Source: Antedon mediterranea
Lineage: Eukaryota > Animalia > Echinodermata
Assembly (NCBI RefSeq): GCF_964355755.1
Contig: NC_092670.1
Location: forward strand, 34,894,388-34,958,387
Length of the DNA: 64,000 bases
Reading direction: 5' to 3'
Shown here one piece after another: positions 48,801 to 58,045 of this stretch. The translations under genes were made by a program, and so were the position numbers. How positions within the stretch are numbered: position 1 is the first letter of the stretch; each line of letters starts with the position of its first letter. The notes under the pieces were generated by a model. That model did not search any database. It saw nothing but the letters and a program-made list of their open reading frames with translations, and had not been told where the DNA came from.

Positions 48801-50968
48801 TTTGACATACATTGCTGAAATATTGAGAGCGAAATTTTACTTCATTAAGAGGCGCGGTAGGAGAAATATCTAAATTTACGGCTAATGTAAAGATTTTAAT
48901 TATTGGGTCACCATAAAGTATAAATGGCATGAATGAAAACAAATAAATTAAAAACAAATCCCCGAGTATTGCATTTTACACGAAATTAAACTTTTTGAAA
49001 ATATTTTTTTTTTGCTTTAGGCCTACACGTAAAATAACCAAATTCAATGTTCGGAAAGGATCGTTTTAATTGTCACATCAGGGAAGAGGAATTTCACGCT
49101 TCCTTCCACATAACCTTTTATCACTGTTAAATACCATTATTCAAACGAATCAAACCAAACTTCTAAGTGGAGTTTTTTTTTGGTTCATTTTTAGTGTGTT
49201 ATTTTACAACTGCTATGGTGTATAATTGTGGAACATATAAACACACTTTTTGAGACATAATGACGCTAAGAGTAGCTTTGGGTATTATTCACCTGTCCTT
49301 TAACACAGGTCTTTCGAATCATTGATTCTCTTGGGGATTTCTTTAAAGAGTGGTACTACACGTTTGAGTAGAAAAGTTTCATTCAGCATTGTGGTAAATT
49401 CTCATAGGGTTAAATCCGGACAATTAAATCCTATCTTGAATATTGATAGACCTTATTCTTCTCTTTTCAAAAGTACTAATCTCTTTGTTGATTATGTATT
49501 TGTTGGTACACTATTAAAAAAGAGTATGAGGATCGTCTCCCGGTGTGTTAATCATGTACCTGTATACTAGGCCCTCTGGGAGAAGTCGGAAGAGGTCACC
49601 CAGTGTAAAATAAATAAATAAAAACTATTTTATATATCTCGAATCGCTTCACAAAAGATCTTAAACTGTTTAATGTATCAAAGTTCCATAGAAAGCATTT
49701 TCTACAATCTGTATTATACAGACAATATGACCGTTAAAAAAACTATGCTATGACAGGAAAAACGTATCTAACAATAACATATTGAATGTTACTTTTTTTC
49801 GATTTATAAATTCTGTAATAAACTATGAAATTCAAATACAACCTTTGTATTTTAAACAAATGTTAACGTACAAACACATTCATTCAACAGGAAAAACATA
49901 TCTAAACATATTGAATGTTATTTTTTTTCGATTTAAAAATGCTGTAATAAACATTGACATTCAAATACAACCTTTATATTTTAAACTACAAAGGTTAAAA
50001 GACAAATACATTCATTCAACAGGTAGAACAATAAATCAATCAATTGATCCAATGTTTCAATCGAATGCTAACCTCGAAATTCTGGAGCGTTTTGTAAATG
50101 GGGACCCAAGCTGAGACTCTAAATAGTCTCTAGACAAGACTTAACGGTTTGACCAATTAAGATAATATCACTGAAATTACATAGCTACAGATGTACTGAT
50201 TTTATCGTATTTTAATACTGATAGAATTGATAGAGAGTTAATCTTTGAACAAGGTCGATGACCAAATATAAATAGTTTCTTCACATAATTTCGAAATGTT
50301 CTTGATACAACACAGCTGCTTTAAAGTAATATTATAAATATATTGCTAAAAAATGAGACAGTGATATTAATATACAATATTCATAACTAGGTATTTGAGA
50401 ACATAAGTAACATTGTATAGCATTAATGTCGTATTCATAATTATAAATTATTAATATACAGTAGTAATTGATTAATGTAATTATATTGTTAAAACGGTAT
50501 TCATGTTTATTCTATATTATAAATAAATATCTTCTTATATCAGTAATTTGTATTCATAATAATGTTATTAACGTACACGATAGTAATTACGTGATGTTAT
50601 ACATTTGTTAAAACCGTATTAATTACTATTTACTCTATTGTAGAGAGTAAATAATTAAAATTAATTTAATGAATTAATTAAATATATCGTAATTTCATCA
50701 ACTAATATAAATATAATAATTCTAAATATTATTGTAATGTTATTACAAATCAACATTATCATCTAAATATTTGTCATATTCATGATAATTATATAATATA
50801 TAATTATCATGAATATGACAAATATCACCCTAACATGATGTTGGGATTATATAAATGATAAGATGTAAAACCTAAAAATGTAAAAAAATTAAAAAACTTA
50901 CGATGCTGAGATATCGATTGTACAAACAGCAAGAGAAGAGGTCCGAATCGGTACAAAACTGGAGCCAT
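9777..50968 (-). CDS. Secreted mosaic protein: SP-EGF2-Kazal3-CCP19-CTLD2-EGF-LDLa-RGD (~1645 aa, 29 coding exons)
   Basis: 27 internal domain-sized exons in series, all phase 1-1 with GT-AG ends, plus a terminal LDLa exon and an upstream phase-1 signal-peptide-like exon. Summed CDS is 4938 nt with an open frame ending in TGA at 9777-9779. No transmembrane exon seen. Attachment of the 5' exon is less certain. Confidence 0.85.
10472..10893. mobile_element. MITE with CACTGTAAAAA TIRs and TA flanks (CACTA/EnSpm-like); partial second copy at ~38585-38750
   Basis: ta|CACTGTAAAAA...TTTTTACAGTG|ta; internal sequence recurs at 38585-38750. Confidence 0.65.
10988..11125 (-). CDS. Mosaic gene EGF domain 3 exon
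   Basis: PRLLNPCKNNPCQFGGTCVPKVTEDFSDYYCICTTGRGGPNCQDT. Confidence 0.9.
11415..11745 (+). mobile_element. tRNA-derived SINE with Nin/Deu-like central domain
   Basis: Near copy of 12790-13065; GGATAACGACTATGAACCGTAGGTCC...AAAGAACC...GAGTAGGGG; (AATA)n tail. Confidence 0.7.
11822..12232 (-). CDS. Mosaic gene C-type lectin domain 2 exon
   Basis: ...LSWREARDACAQDSGQLVVID...FWVGL...WGWIDNSELTFNFW...CAYM...WFTAPCDNQRVSYICERGGTV T|gtaag. Confidence 0.9.
12341..12688 (-). CDS. Mosaic gene C-type lectin domain 1 exon
   Basis: CTDGETFYNGTCF...AKESCKQKGGHLAT...FAIGL...FVNWAPNNCVYL...WSNSIQC...FICEY. Confidence 0.9.
12790..13065 (+). mobile_element. tRNA-derived SINE with Nin/Deu-like central domain
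   Basis: A-box TGGCCTAGCGG, B-box GTTCGAGGC, central GGATAAGGACTATAAAC..AGGTCC, A-rich tail. Confidence 0.75.
13194..13361 (-). CDS. Mosaic gene CCP 19 exon
   Basis: NCEDPGTPLDGRQTTVDFTHGGKVRFDCSTDFTLDGSETIVCEDGRWNNPIPSCS. Confidence 0.9.
13611..13772 (-). CDS. Mosaic gene CCP 18 exon
   Basis: SCKKLTLENGKVSGDFTHKSNVYFSCNDNYSMVGPKAITCLEGIYASEAPTCY. Confidence 0.9.
15388..15552 (-). CDS. Mosaic gene CCP 17 exon
   Basis: NCVEITDFPNGIVTGQPVHNEFLTFACDNDYTLEGPVQIRCQDGAYSDPFPQCM. Confidence 0.9.
16022..16066. repeat. (TTCA)n microsatellite
   Basis: ~11 perfect units. Confidence 0.9.
16258..16422 (-). CDS. Mosaic gene CCP 16 exon
   Basis: DCQPPADIEHGTYTGEYTHGSVITYTCSNGHSLTGDAQRNCSDGDYTGSDPECN. 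Confidence 0.9.
16710..16871 (-). CDS. Mosaic gene CCP 15 exon
   Basis: KCPRQRNFNGQLGGSRAHGGITQFSCTPGFTLVGVNMTVCLNGEYQDDQPVCK. Confidence 0.9.
17126..17595. mobile_element. PIF/Harbinger-like MITE interrupted by a reverse LINE 3' tail (~17142-17473)
   Basis: tta|AGCTTGGTTCTCACTA...TAGTGGGAACCAAGCT|tta; insert begins (TTCAA)n and is flanked by ACTA. Confidence 0.65.
17766..17933 (-). CDS. Mosaic gene CCP 14 exon
   Basis: DCPEAIPPANGLIRESNTTHGGLTIFECNKDYSIDGDKKTYCIDGQYNHEAPVCR. Confidence 0.9.
17950..19340. repeat. 30-bp minisatellite, ~46 copies, unit = CCP13 exon end + 5' splice site
   Basis: Minus-strand unit AAGAACCACCYAAGTGTGCTA|GTAAGTCAT fills intron 17934-19319. Confidence 0.97.
19320..19487 (-). 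CDS. Mosaic gene CCP 13 exon
   Basis: NCDELSAPSNGTILFSNNVNGGVTTFQCLKGFTLVGGNELRCNDGAYDKEPPKCA G|gtaagt. Confidence 0.88.
19779..19940 (-). CDS. Mosaic gene CCP 12 exon
   Basis: LCSSVSLPNGSVTGDYTHGRQVTFSCDFGFTLDGVSSTTCENGQLADQTPFCR. Confidence 0.9.
20237..20398 (-). CDS. Mosaic gene CCP 11 exon
   Basis: SCSSITISNGDVTGDLTHGGQMVFSCDSGYEIDGVPRTTCVDGSSQASLPTCR A|gtagg. Confidence 0.87.
20771..20932 (-). CDS. Mosaic gene CCP 10 exon
   Basis: SCNSVNLQNGRVTGDFTHGGNIFFSCTADYKRTGVAVTTCRDGSLRDPLPTCH. Confidence 0.9.
21299..21460 (-). CDS. Mosaic gene CCP 9 exon
   Basis: PCNSIYLENGIVKGTFSHGGDIYFNCVTDYKLEGVAVTTCVDGKLRDELPTCH. Confidence 0.9.
21666..21830 (-). CDS. Mosaic gene CCP 8 exon
   Basis: NCDTSTSIPYGTYTGSLIHGGSIRVTCDLEYTLVGSRKIRCMDGQFTSSLNICK. 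Confidence 0.9.
22315..22491 (-). CDS. Mosaic gene CCP 7 exon
   Basis: DCIFPGRPLNGDVSGDVSGDLVHGGQITYTCNEGYTLVGGNTATCINGNFQGTEPVCR. Confidence 0.9.
22857..23021 (-). CDS. Mosaic gene CCP 6 exon
   Basis: LCNEADKPNNGYYDGSFENGSTISIKCYAGYSLVGDGIIACIAGRLNSSLDLCK. Confidence 0.9.
23429..23593 (-). CDS. Mosaic gene CCP 5 exon
   Basis: NCPEPVPPNNGIATGDSYHGGTVTYTCFPGYTIDGVNSTVCADGKYQNSPPICR. Confidence 0.9.
23916..24080 (-). CDS. Mosaic gene CCP 4 exon
   Basis: DCIPMKPLQQGQIIPGTTHGQETVFYCLAGYTLEGVNKTRCVDGKYKDPKPTCR. Confidence 0.9.
24376..24543 (-). CDS. Mosaic gene CCP 3 exon
   Basis: KCARIDSISNGQVTESSNSGQSYQFTCDKGHTLIGAGNITCTDGGIYTSSIPECK. Confidence 0.9.
25244..25408 (-). CDS. Mosaic gene CCP 2 exon
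   Basis: NCNDITRFENGAFNGQSTHGEEIFFSCNTGYSLVGASKIKCINGDYSSVIPSCK. Confidence 0.9.
25842..26030 (-). CDS. Mosaic gene CCP/sushi 1 exon
   Basis: KRKGNCTIPTDLNNVVARGRYPGDTVPVGTRLVFFCKSGYTMKGNAEVKCKLGKRIKPPKCY. Confidence 0.87.
26289..26438 (-). CDS. Mosaic gene Kazal domain 3 exon
   Basis: FSCDIRRPYKCSKCLLLTGRVCGSDGKRYKSECHLLIKACSNPGLRKVD T|gtaag. Confidence 0.88.
28045..28197 (-). CDS. Mosaic gene Kazal domain 2 exon
   Basis: CKTLCAPTPKPVCGTDCVTYTNECELDNERRCEAQKYQTQLTKSYNGDCR, tag/gtgag. Confidence 0.9.
28310..28990. repeat. 31-bp minisatellite (~18 core copies plus degenerate 22-31 bp flanks) in the Kazal1-Kazal2 intron
   Basis: Unit GAGGAATGAGCAAAATCCCGATGGACTCTTT. Confidence 0.95.
29007..29153 (-). 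CDS. Mosaic gene Kazal domain 1 exon
   Basis: PCDKVCSMIYSPVCGSDMFTYISECQLQRTVCNKPWLKAIDDKPCKSV, cag/gtgag. Confidence 0.9.
30975..31060. repeat. 46-bp CpG-rich direct duplication
   Basis: TACGCGCACTTACATGGTACGCGCGCGTC twice. Confidence 0.8.
31106..31228 (-). CDS. Mosaic gene EGF domain 2 exon
   Basis: TDPCSPNPCKNSGKCTVGLTKEDTFVCECQAGYSGRTCDL, cag/gtaag. Confidence 0.9.
32741..32854 (-). CDS. Mosaic gene EGF domain 1 exon
   Basis: PDICNVSRCKHGGTCISYGDMYMCKCAPGYAGVMCEI, tag/gtaag. Confidence 0.9.
   Translation of the reverse strand, partial: YQIYAMYLDVNMAERVSATETCICVNVHQVMLELCVK
33005..33830. repeat. Imperfect ~150-190 bp tandem repeat (4 units) with an inserted MITE
   Basis: Recurring ATGGCGTTCCATACCTGGT and ACAAAATGGAAACATTGCTGATG. 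Confidence 0.75.
33458..33636. mobile_element. PIF/Harbinger-like 179-bp MITE
   Basis: AGCGTGGTTCCCACTAG...CTAGTGGGAACCACGCT; near-identical to 37726-37904 and 60083-60260. Confidence 0.85.
34545..34704. mobile_element. MITE with AGCTCTGTCTACACTATCAAAC TIRs; fragments at ~8878, 40755, 58046-58525, 61040-61150
   Basis: Perfect 22-bp TIRs; internal ATATGGTAGTGAT repeats. Confidence 0.8.
36195..36492. repeat. ~95-110 bp tandem repeat x3
   Basis: AGTCAGCCAGTTGCGACCAA...CCCGAAAAGAACCGAGAGT...CAACTGCGATT.AACTCAGCC. Confidence 0.85.
36905..37100. mobile_element. Truncated Harbinger-like MITE (inverted relative to 37567 copy)
   Basis: AGCCTGGTTCCCACTAG start; interior is the reverse complement of 37600-37720. 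Confidence 0.6.
37567..37961. mobile_element. Harbinger-like MITE (TAA TSD) containing a nested related MITE at 37726-37904
   Basis: taa|AGCTTGGTTCCCACTAGCG...CGCTAGTGGGAACCACGCT|taa; the inner element has the same TIR. Confidence 0.85.
41460..42325. repeat. Imperfect ~120-155 bp tandem repeat, ~6 units, carrying TGACGTCA
   Basis: Recurring AACAGAGA...GGGGAACTA.ACGGGTTT...GGTAGTATGTGACGTCACAAG. Confidence 0.85.
44288..48085 (-). mobile_element. AcademX DNA transposon, internally deleted (3798 bp)
   Basis: TAG...CTA termini; 3-bp TSD TAT (44285-44287, 48086-48088); TIRs 44288-44920 and 47463-48085 nearly identical; XPG-like + Cys-rich coding remnant inside, the diagnostic AcademX combination. 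Confidence 0.88.
45311..46554 (-). pseudogene. Academ XPG/FEN1-like nuclease + C-terminal Cys-rich domain, frameshifted and N-terminally truncated
   Basis: Motifs IFDGG, DVVWDRY, IKESTREKRG, QEEADTR, VDTD, FSGCDTTSSF; frameshift near 46170; GT-AG intron 45470-45578; last exon DALLQHVKRAIYQGGIW...CKCAKSNLPCTELCSCKCPR*. Confidence 0.85.
49752..50025. repeat. ~130-bp direct tandem duplication
   Basis: ACAGGAAAAAC.TATCTAA...ACATATTGAATGTTA.TTTTTTTCGATTTA...TTCAAATACAACCTTT twice. Confidence 0.8.
50767..50825. repeat. Perfect AT-rich palindrome, 29-bp arms, 1-nt spacer
   Basis: ATATTTGTCATATTCATGATAATTATATA-a-TATATAATTATCATGAATATGACAAATAT. Confidence 0.9.
50902..50968 (-). CDS. Putative first coding exon (signal peptide) of the mosaic gene
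   Basis: tttgcag|GAGGTGTCGTT ATG...MAPVLYRFGPLLLLFVQSISQH C|gtaag; phase 1 matches EGF1; possible upstream 5'UTR exon with donor at 51140. Confidence 0.62.
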
Positions 50969-53900
50969 AACGACACCTCCTGCAAACATGAAACAGGAAA
51001 CACATTTAAACAAAATAAACTCACATAAATAAACTTGAAATATAAATAAATTCCCTTCAGAAAATCGTATTGTAAGGTTAAGCATATAATATCTCTGTGG
51101 GTTAAGACACCCAAGAGGAGTAGCAAGTAGGCCTACTTACTCTGTTACCCGATGCAACGGTAGGCCTATCAAATAAGTTCCCCCGATCTTTCTTGACAGA
51201 TAAAATCCGCCCACTCTACACTATCAACTGGGTACTTAAAATGAAAACCGAAACTGAATTCCCTCGCTACGCTCCAACGTTTCTATGAATAAATGTTTTG
51301 AAGGTAGCAGACTTAATGAATCAATCGTCCAATAGGAAGACGGAACGCCTTGTTACACCTTCTCGTAATGCGTATTAATGTATTTCTCTTATCTGTTCAC
51401 GCTTGGGTGAGCAAGACAATTGATTCTGATATGAAACTCATTCGACTTTGACAGATCGTTATAATTCCAAACACCTCATTTAATGCATTTATTGTAACTA
51501 AATAACACTACTAGATGAATAATACTGAACACGATGGAATTAATTCCACTGGGAATTATGTTTTGCAGACGATGATTGACTTTATAATTGCTTGTGCGAT
51601 AATTATATGATATGACAAAAACTGTACCCAGAGTATCAGTAGGTAAACTAAAGATTACACTAATGGCGTCCCTGGTAATACTGTATTACATAATTTCTCT
51701 AGAGGAGGTTTCCTCGGAAGCATTATAAAAATATTCGTGTTATTCGTCAGAAGATGATTACACAGAAGTATATTAATTATTTGCGATCTTGGCTAAGGCC
51801 TAGAGTAGCACTAATGCTGATTAAAGAAATACCTGACCTTGTACTAACACTGACGCTAATAGCAAGGAGCACAAAATGATGACTATACCTAGAAGGACGT
51901 ACAATATCCCTGTCTGAAGATCAAGTGTGCTACTACAGGTACTACTAATTTTACTGATGAAAGTGATTAGATATTAAAACCGTACAGGAATTGTAGATTG
52001 AATAGTAATATATATCGTAACAACAGCTCCCACAACAAAGATTTCTTTCAAGTAAATACATTTTTAAAAATCTATAAATTAAATAATAAGGTTTGTTACA
52101 AATTACTCCCCCATTATTATAACAGGAAAACAAACGTAAATAGTAAACAACAAAATCTGTATTTATTTGTCGCGTAAATGCTCATCAGTATGTATACGCG
52201 CGCGTCGATTCATGTGTCACTAACTATTTTTAACAAGAAATGCGAACAGACGTACATAACGTAGTCTAATTACTTCAAATAAACTACAGGGAAAACAATA
52301 ATATGGGTCAGGTCTGTCAGGAAATTATTCAAACATAGTAGGTGTAAAGACATCAATTAATGATTCCTCTCAATAATCTGCAGACGGCCTTGAGGTGTTT
52401 CCGAAAAGTCAACAAAAATAATATACTGTACAAATTTGGACAGACGAGTTGGAGGCACAGTCACAAATCATATGAGAAAAGAGGATTCATTCATATTAGT
52501 AGGCATATGATATGCGCGTTTAATGATGTTGAAAATGATAATTGGGAAGATTATAGATTAAATCAAGTAATACTTAAAACACGAAGAAAACTTCCATAAA
52601 ACAAAGTAGTAGAAGTATAATGCTTCGTGAAAGATGTGTAAACGAGAATCAAAACATATCCTTTATGCAGTGTCAAACAATAGCTTATGAATATCGCATT
52701 CAAGAATTGTACCGCTCACTCAGTATCATAATGTGTAATAATATATAAGTTCCATCAACAAAACACCGTTGCATCCACTTATTAAAAGTCTGTATTATGG
52801 ATATGATCACGAATGATGAAGGAATAAGTGCTAGCATTTTCTAAACTACAGTGAATCAGAAATAATACGGAGTCAATAAATTTACCATTTAAATGAAGCT
52901 ACAGGAACCAGGAGTCCTGTTTTGTCCTCTTAGTTTGTAACAATAACATGAATTATTCATGAATTAGCAAACAATAGATAGATTAAAAATACACTCCTTA
53001 CACCTTACTCTTCACCTTACATTAGGGCTTACACAAAACTAAATAGGCCTACCGTTATTCATCATTTTTTGAAAAAGCATCATATTGGGAATGATGGTAG
53101 CTAGTTATGAAAAAATAATGTTCCATCATTCACATTATTAGGCCTATAAATCACATTAAGGAGAGCAAGTGCCCATGATGGGACACCAGGAGAGGACTGC
53201 ATTATGTAGGCCTGTTATGTTAATGGCACCCAACAAAGGGCATGCCTAAAGAATGACCATTTATTATCACCATCTAAGAAAGTAAACCGAAATGTTTTGA
53301 TAGGACAGAAATAAGTTTTCTCCTTTGATATTACATTACAAAAAGGCAGATAAATATTGATTTATGATCATCTTTGATTGTCTTGTTGAAACGTCATTTC
53401 TGATTAGAGTGAAGCTGTATAATTACAGTACGTAACATTGATCCTTTAACCTTTACGTACTTTTCACCTGTTGGTTGTTTATTATAAAATATTGTAAATT
53501 TGTGGATGAGGCAATCTGAAGAAGAAAATGTAGGCCTAGAAGGTACGTGATAGTTGGAATGACTGAAGTAAAATCATCTAGAAACGAAATATATATTTAT
53601 TTTTTAGATTATTAATATTAATTTGGCAAAAATAGAGTTCGTGAAATGATGGATAGAATGAAGCCTAGTTCCATTTAGGTGCAATGTAGTGGTAAACAAA
53701 TTAAGAAAAATGGAGGAATTCTAAGTTTATTCCTGTTTGATTGAATTAAATACGCCTCAAAGCTTAATTAAAGACTTCCGCAAAATGTAATCAATCGTCA
53801 GGTTTCGAGGAGTATAGTAACTCCAAAACATGAAATAAGCTTATCAGAGCGACGAATCAAGAATTGAATTAAGTAGGATATAATTTAGGAGTATGTTTTA

Positions 53901-56267
53901 GGTAAGAAGCCAATTTTTCAATTATTTAAATTGCAAAATAATTTGTGCGATAGTTTATGGGTTTTTTTCAAATCACTTGTTCCGTTATGTCATGTATATT
54001 TTAGAAATGAAAAAAATAAATAAACAGAAATTGTAAACACAACGAAAGGCAGAACTTAATTATTTATTAATTGTTTACCTTTTGTATTGTTTGTCGAAAT
54101 TTGGGGATTCAACTCAGAAACAACTTTATGTTGCTAAAATATGAAGGTGTTTGCAGATTACGGACACACATTGTTGCCATTCATGAACATTTGAAGGTGT
54201 AACGGTGACCAAGAATACCTACACCCAAAGCACCATATTCTATATAAGTTATCAAACCATGTAAAACCTTTATATACAGGGTACCATACATTTAACTCGA
54301 AATATTTTCTTGGTATGTACTGTACGGTAATCATACAATTATTATCGTATGCACAAGGAACACCAGATGTCTCTTTTCCATCTCCCGACGATTTTAGCTT
54401 GTCAATTGCTACTATCAATGGCGTCGACCATTTCCAGAAATAACGTAATTTAATTATCCAATTAAATCAAATCAAAATATCCGTAACATTTACAATATTT
54501 CAATATTATATTCACACTTTTTTAAATATCTGCAGATTTTAGTTGGAATTTACTTCCTTTTGTATGACTATTTATAAAGTTATTTTAAACCGTCCAGAAA
54601 GGTGTTAAGATATAATACACTGGTTTAAGTTCAAGGTGAGTAGTCTTATAACGTCTATTCATGGCACTGATATTAATTTCATATATAAATGACAAAACAA
54701 AATCTGGACATTTAACATCAGTAAAAACAGACGATAAGATCTTTTTGGGCGCGCATCAAGTTTCTTCCATTGTTGTATCGCCGTTATGGTTTCATTCTTT
54801 GACCTGACAAAATATAATATCCATTTACATTAAATTTTTTTTTTAATATGACAAAACCCCATAAATTCAGATTTATTGCATCCATCAGGTTACGTCACCC
54901 ACTGCTCACAATCCGCTAAAGAAAGATTTTTCCATTTCTATTACTCGTCTCTAATCATTTTTTTCATTGAAAATGAACATTAGTTATAGAACATCTGTTA
55001 TAGGCCTAGTTATTTTCATTCATATGTCAAGTTTAACCCATTTACCTCAATATGAACTTAAGTAGTACAGTAGTATGTGGAATTTAGCTACAGTACAGTA
55101 TAAAAAGATTAAACCTACAGTTACAATATTGTATTCCTAGTATTGGCTCATACCTTGTTAGTTATAGGCCTACACTTTTTTTTCAAAGTCATTTTAAAGC
55201 TAAAATCTTCCAAAAATGATTGATAAATACGAACAATTTTCTAAGGCAAACTCTTAGGCATACTTATTTTATTGACTGGTTTAAACTTTGGTCTATTTTG
55301 GTTCTTTTCTTAAAGTTGAAAATAAATTTTCCAAATTTATGTTTGTTTTATATCAGTTCTTAAGGTGTGTGATTAAAGAAAGTTATTGCGGTGGACTAAA
55401 GATATTCAAATCGGTGCATATCAATAGATCTTCTCACGGATTTGATCTTACACTTGGCCTTGTTTGTCAGTACCTTGAGGCTAAATATTCACCATCTTAA
55501 CCTACAATGATACATGTAATTGTAAGTTCAGAACTAGGTCATATCGTATTAGGTATTGACAGAATACAAAATTCCACCGTAAATCCGCTCTGTGCTTTGC
55601 AGCAATTATACAGGCTCCCAAAGGATTATTCTTTATCTGTCACTTATTTTTCTTTGGGCTTCTCTGGGTTTCAATCCAAATCTACCGTGTATCAAATACA
55701 ATACAAAAGAACACAGACTATTTATTATAGAAGGCATAATAGTGTAGGCCTAGATATATGGAAACCACAAGAGTGACCCATATCCTAATGGGATGAATAA
55801 ATTTGCACATTTTAAAAAGAAATCAATCAGGATGAGCAATGACCAAATAATGCTTAGATGTTGACTCCAATGGTAACTATGCATTAATTTGTTGACGTCA
55901 ATTTACGAACTTTTCCTCTAATCTTAACGAATCAAACGATGTTTGATGAAAAACAAATATATATGATATGGTGTGCGTGTGTGAGTGTTATGATTCAGGA
56001 ATTTTAAATAAAAGGCCCACACTGATGGATCGAGATACCTACATGATGGAACTAACTAACGTATTGATGAGATGTACAGGTGCACAGCTATAAATGCTCT
56101 AAAAAGTAAACTTTGCTAACGTATAAAGTACGATCCTTGTAGTTTGTTGTTCCGGTTGTATTCCCGTGTGTGTTCAATTTACAAACTGCTTATCAAGGTG
56201 AGAATGTAGATATGATTGGATTATTGAATGTACTTGGTGTGTGCGTGTCATGGTTTGTGGACATATG

Positions 56268-56639
56268 CGGTTGTTTCGAAACTAGAGACCCAAGACAAAC
56301 ACGAAAAAAGAAACTCTACAATAAATAAGAAAAAGGAGACACTAAATATTACGAAATAAATAATTATGATTTTCGTATTTGTGTCTTCCCTTTTGTATTT
56401 ATGGTCTCCCTTTCTGCTTAGTTAGGTATCCAATTTCCTATAATAGGCCTATTAGCTCTCTCTTTGGTATAGTAGGGTCTCCCTTTCGTATACTAATAGG
56501 GTTTCCCATTTCAGCAGAGTCTCCCTTTTTGAATAATATTAGGGCCCCCTTCGACAGTATAACATTCTGGTTCGTTTCCAAAAGCAGGGTCTCCCTTTCG
56601 CGTGTTGTCGATTCTTGTATCTAGTTTTGAAACACCCAG
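56268..56639. mobile_element. MITE with imperfect TIRs and internal GGGTCTCCCTTT repeats
   Basis: GTTTCGAAACTAGAGAC..AAGA / TCTTGTATCTAGTTTTGAAAC. Confidence 0.55.
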
Positions 56640-56690
56640 CCAATTTTCAGATCTTATTCTGTTTATAGCATATCCTGAGTAATGACTAAT

Positions 56691-57153
56691 GTGTCATTCC
56701 GTGTCAAATCAACCAAAATTCTGAAAATTGGTACCGGTCACGTCACGGATTTGGTCGGGGTTTTTAGGGTACCTTATACTGAACATGTCATGGAAAGTTG
56801 TAGCGCTAGAGTAGTAATAGAAAAGTATATGAGATACACCTATTATGAGGCCAGATTTGCATTATAATATGATAGGAATTGACCCTAGATACCAATTTAC
56901 AACTTTGTATATTAATTTTAAAGTGTCATAAATCACATTTAAAAACGCAAAAAATATTCAATTACTCAAATTATGTGAATTCTGACGATCATAGTACCCC
57001 GTCTTCAATAGGCCATATTTTCAAAACGACTTGGAGTTAAGCGCTAAAACTGTGCATGTGTTCATTATATATAGAGGTTTTCTACAAAAAATGTTCAGCC
57101 AAATCCATGACGTCACCCGTACCACCATTGGTTGATTTGACACGGAATTACCC
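56691..57153. mobile_element. MITE with 4-bp TAAT TSD (Sola2-like)
   Basis: taat|GTGTCATTCCGTGTCAAATCAACCAA...TTGGTTGATTTGACACGGAATTACCC|taat. Confidence 0.65.
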
Positions 57154-58045
57154 TAATGTGGTTACACTGAAGTAAATACAGTACTATAAAACAATATGTA
57201 TTAGGACAACACTACCAGATTTGCGTTCAGACGCCATGTGCACGTGCCGCGCGTATTATACGAGTGCTGGTCTGGACTGGCGTAGGACTACTAGTGCACA
57301 GAGTAAAGAAATTACAGAGTTGATTCGGTTTATTATTATACAGTTGACTCAAAGTTGTAAACATACGTCTGAATAATATAATACTGTAACACGTATGTAT
57401 CTAAACTAATATGCCACACACAGTATCCGAATATGTTAATGTTTCCGGTAGAGCTTAGTTGATAATATTTCCAAAAACACTAAAGGAAAACATTATCAAT
57501 GTTCGTAAAAAGTTTAGTGGAAAAAATTACGGTACTCTAATGGTATAATTACTAAAGTGTAGGAGTATGTTTGTTTACGATTCTGGGTACGTTTTCCATG
57601 CGATATGCTAAATGCATGCTAGATTCTCTTAGTAAGTTTTCTTAGCATCAAGATCCAAACGATACTGGAAGCAGAAATAATATGCCAGATCTGGCTTAGG
57701 CCTATATTTGGCTTAACAAAGGCCTACATCACACACATATATACTGATTAATTTAATTCATTCGAAATTCTTATTATAACAAACACATTAAAGAAAGCAT
57801 TTTGTAACAATGTTAAGAATTAAATGTTTGCCTACATAATTTGCTTATAATTATTAAAAATGGTATACTATTAATTTTGTATTACTTTTGTTATTTTGAA
57901 TTATTGTCAGTATGTTGAGGAGCCTACTCACCACAAGCTTTGCTTTCTTTTAGGCTCCTCCACTTTATATTTATATATTTGTAAAGTGAAATAACAAATG
58001 ACAAAAAAAAAATGAATGAAATACATTCGGAACCAAGTTTTTAAA

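Noticed and set aside
51400-54100. Possible decayed LINE coding region
   Set aside because: Purine-rich with faint endonuclease-like hints, but no motif could be read with confidence; needs a translated search.
54158-54418. 86-aa Cys/Trp-containing ORF as a further exon
   Set aside because: No recognisable domain or convincing splice sites.
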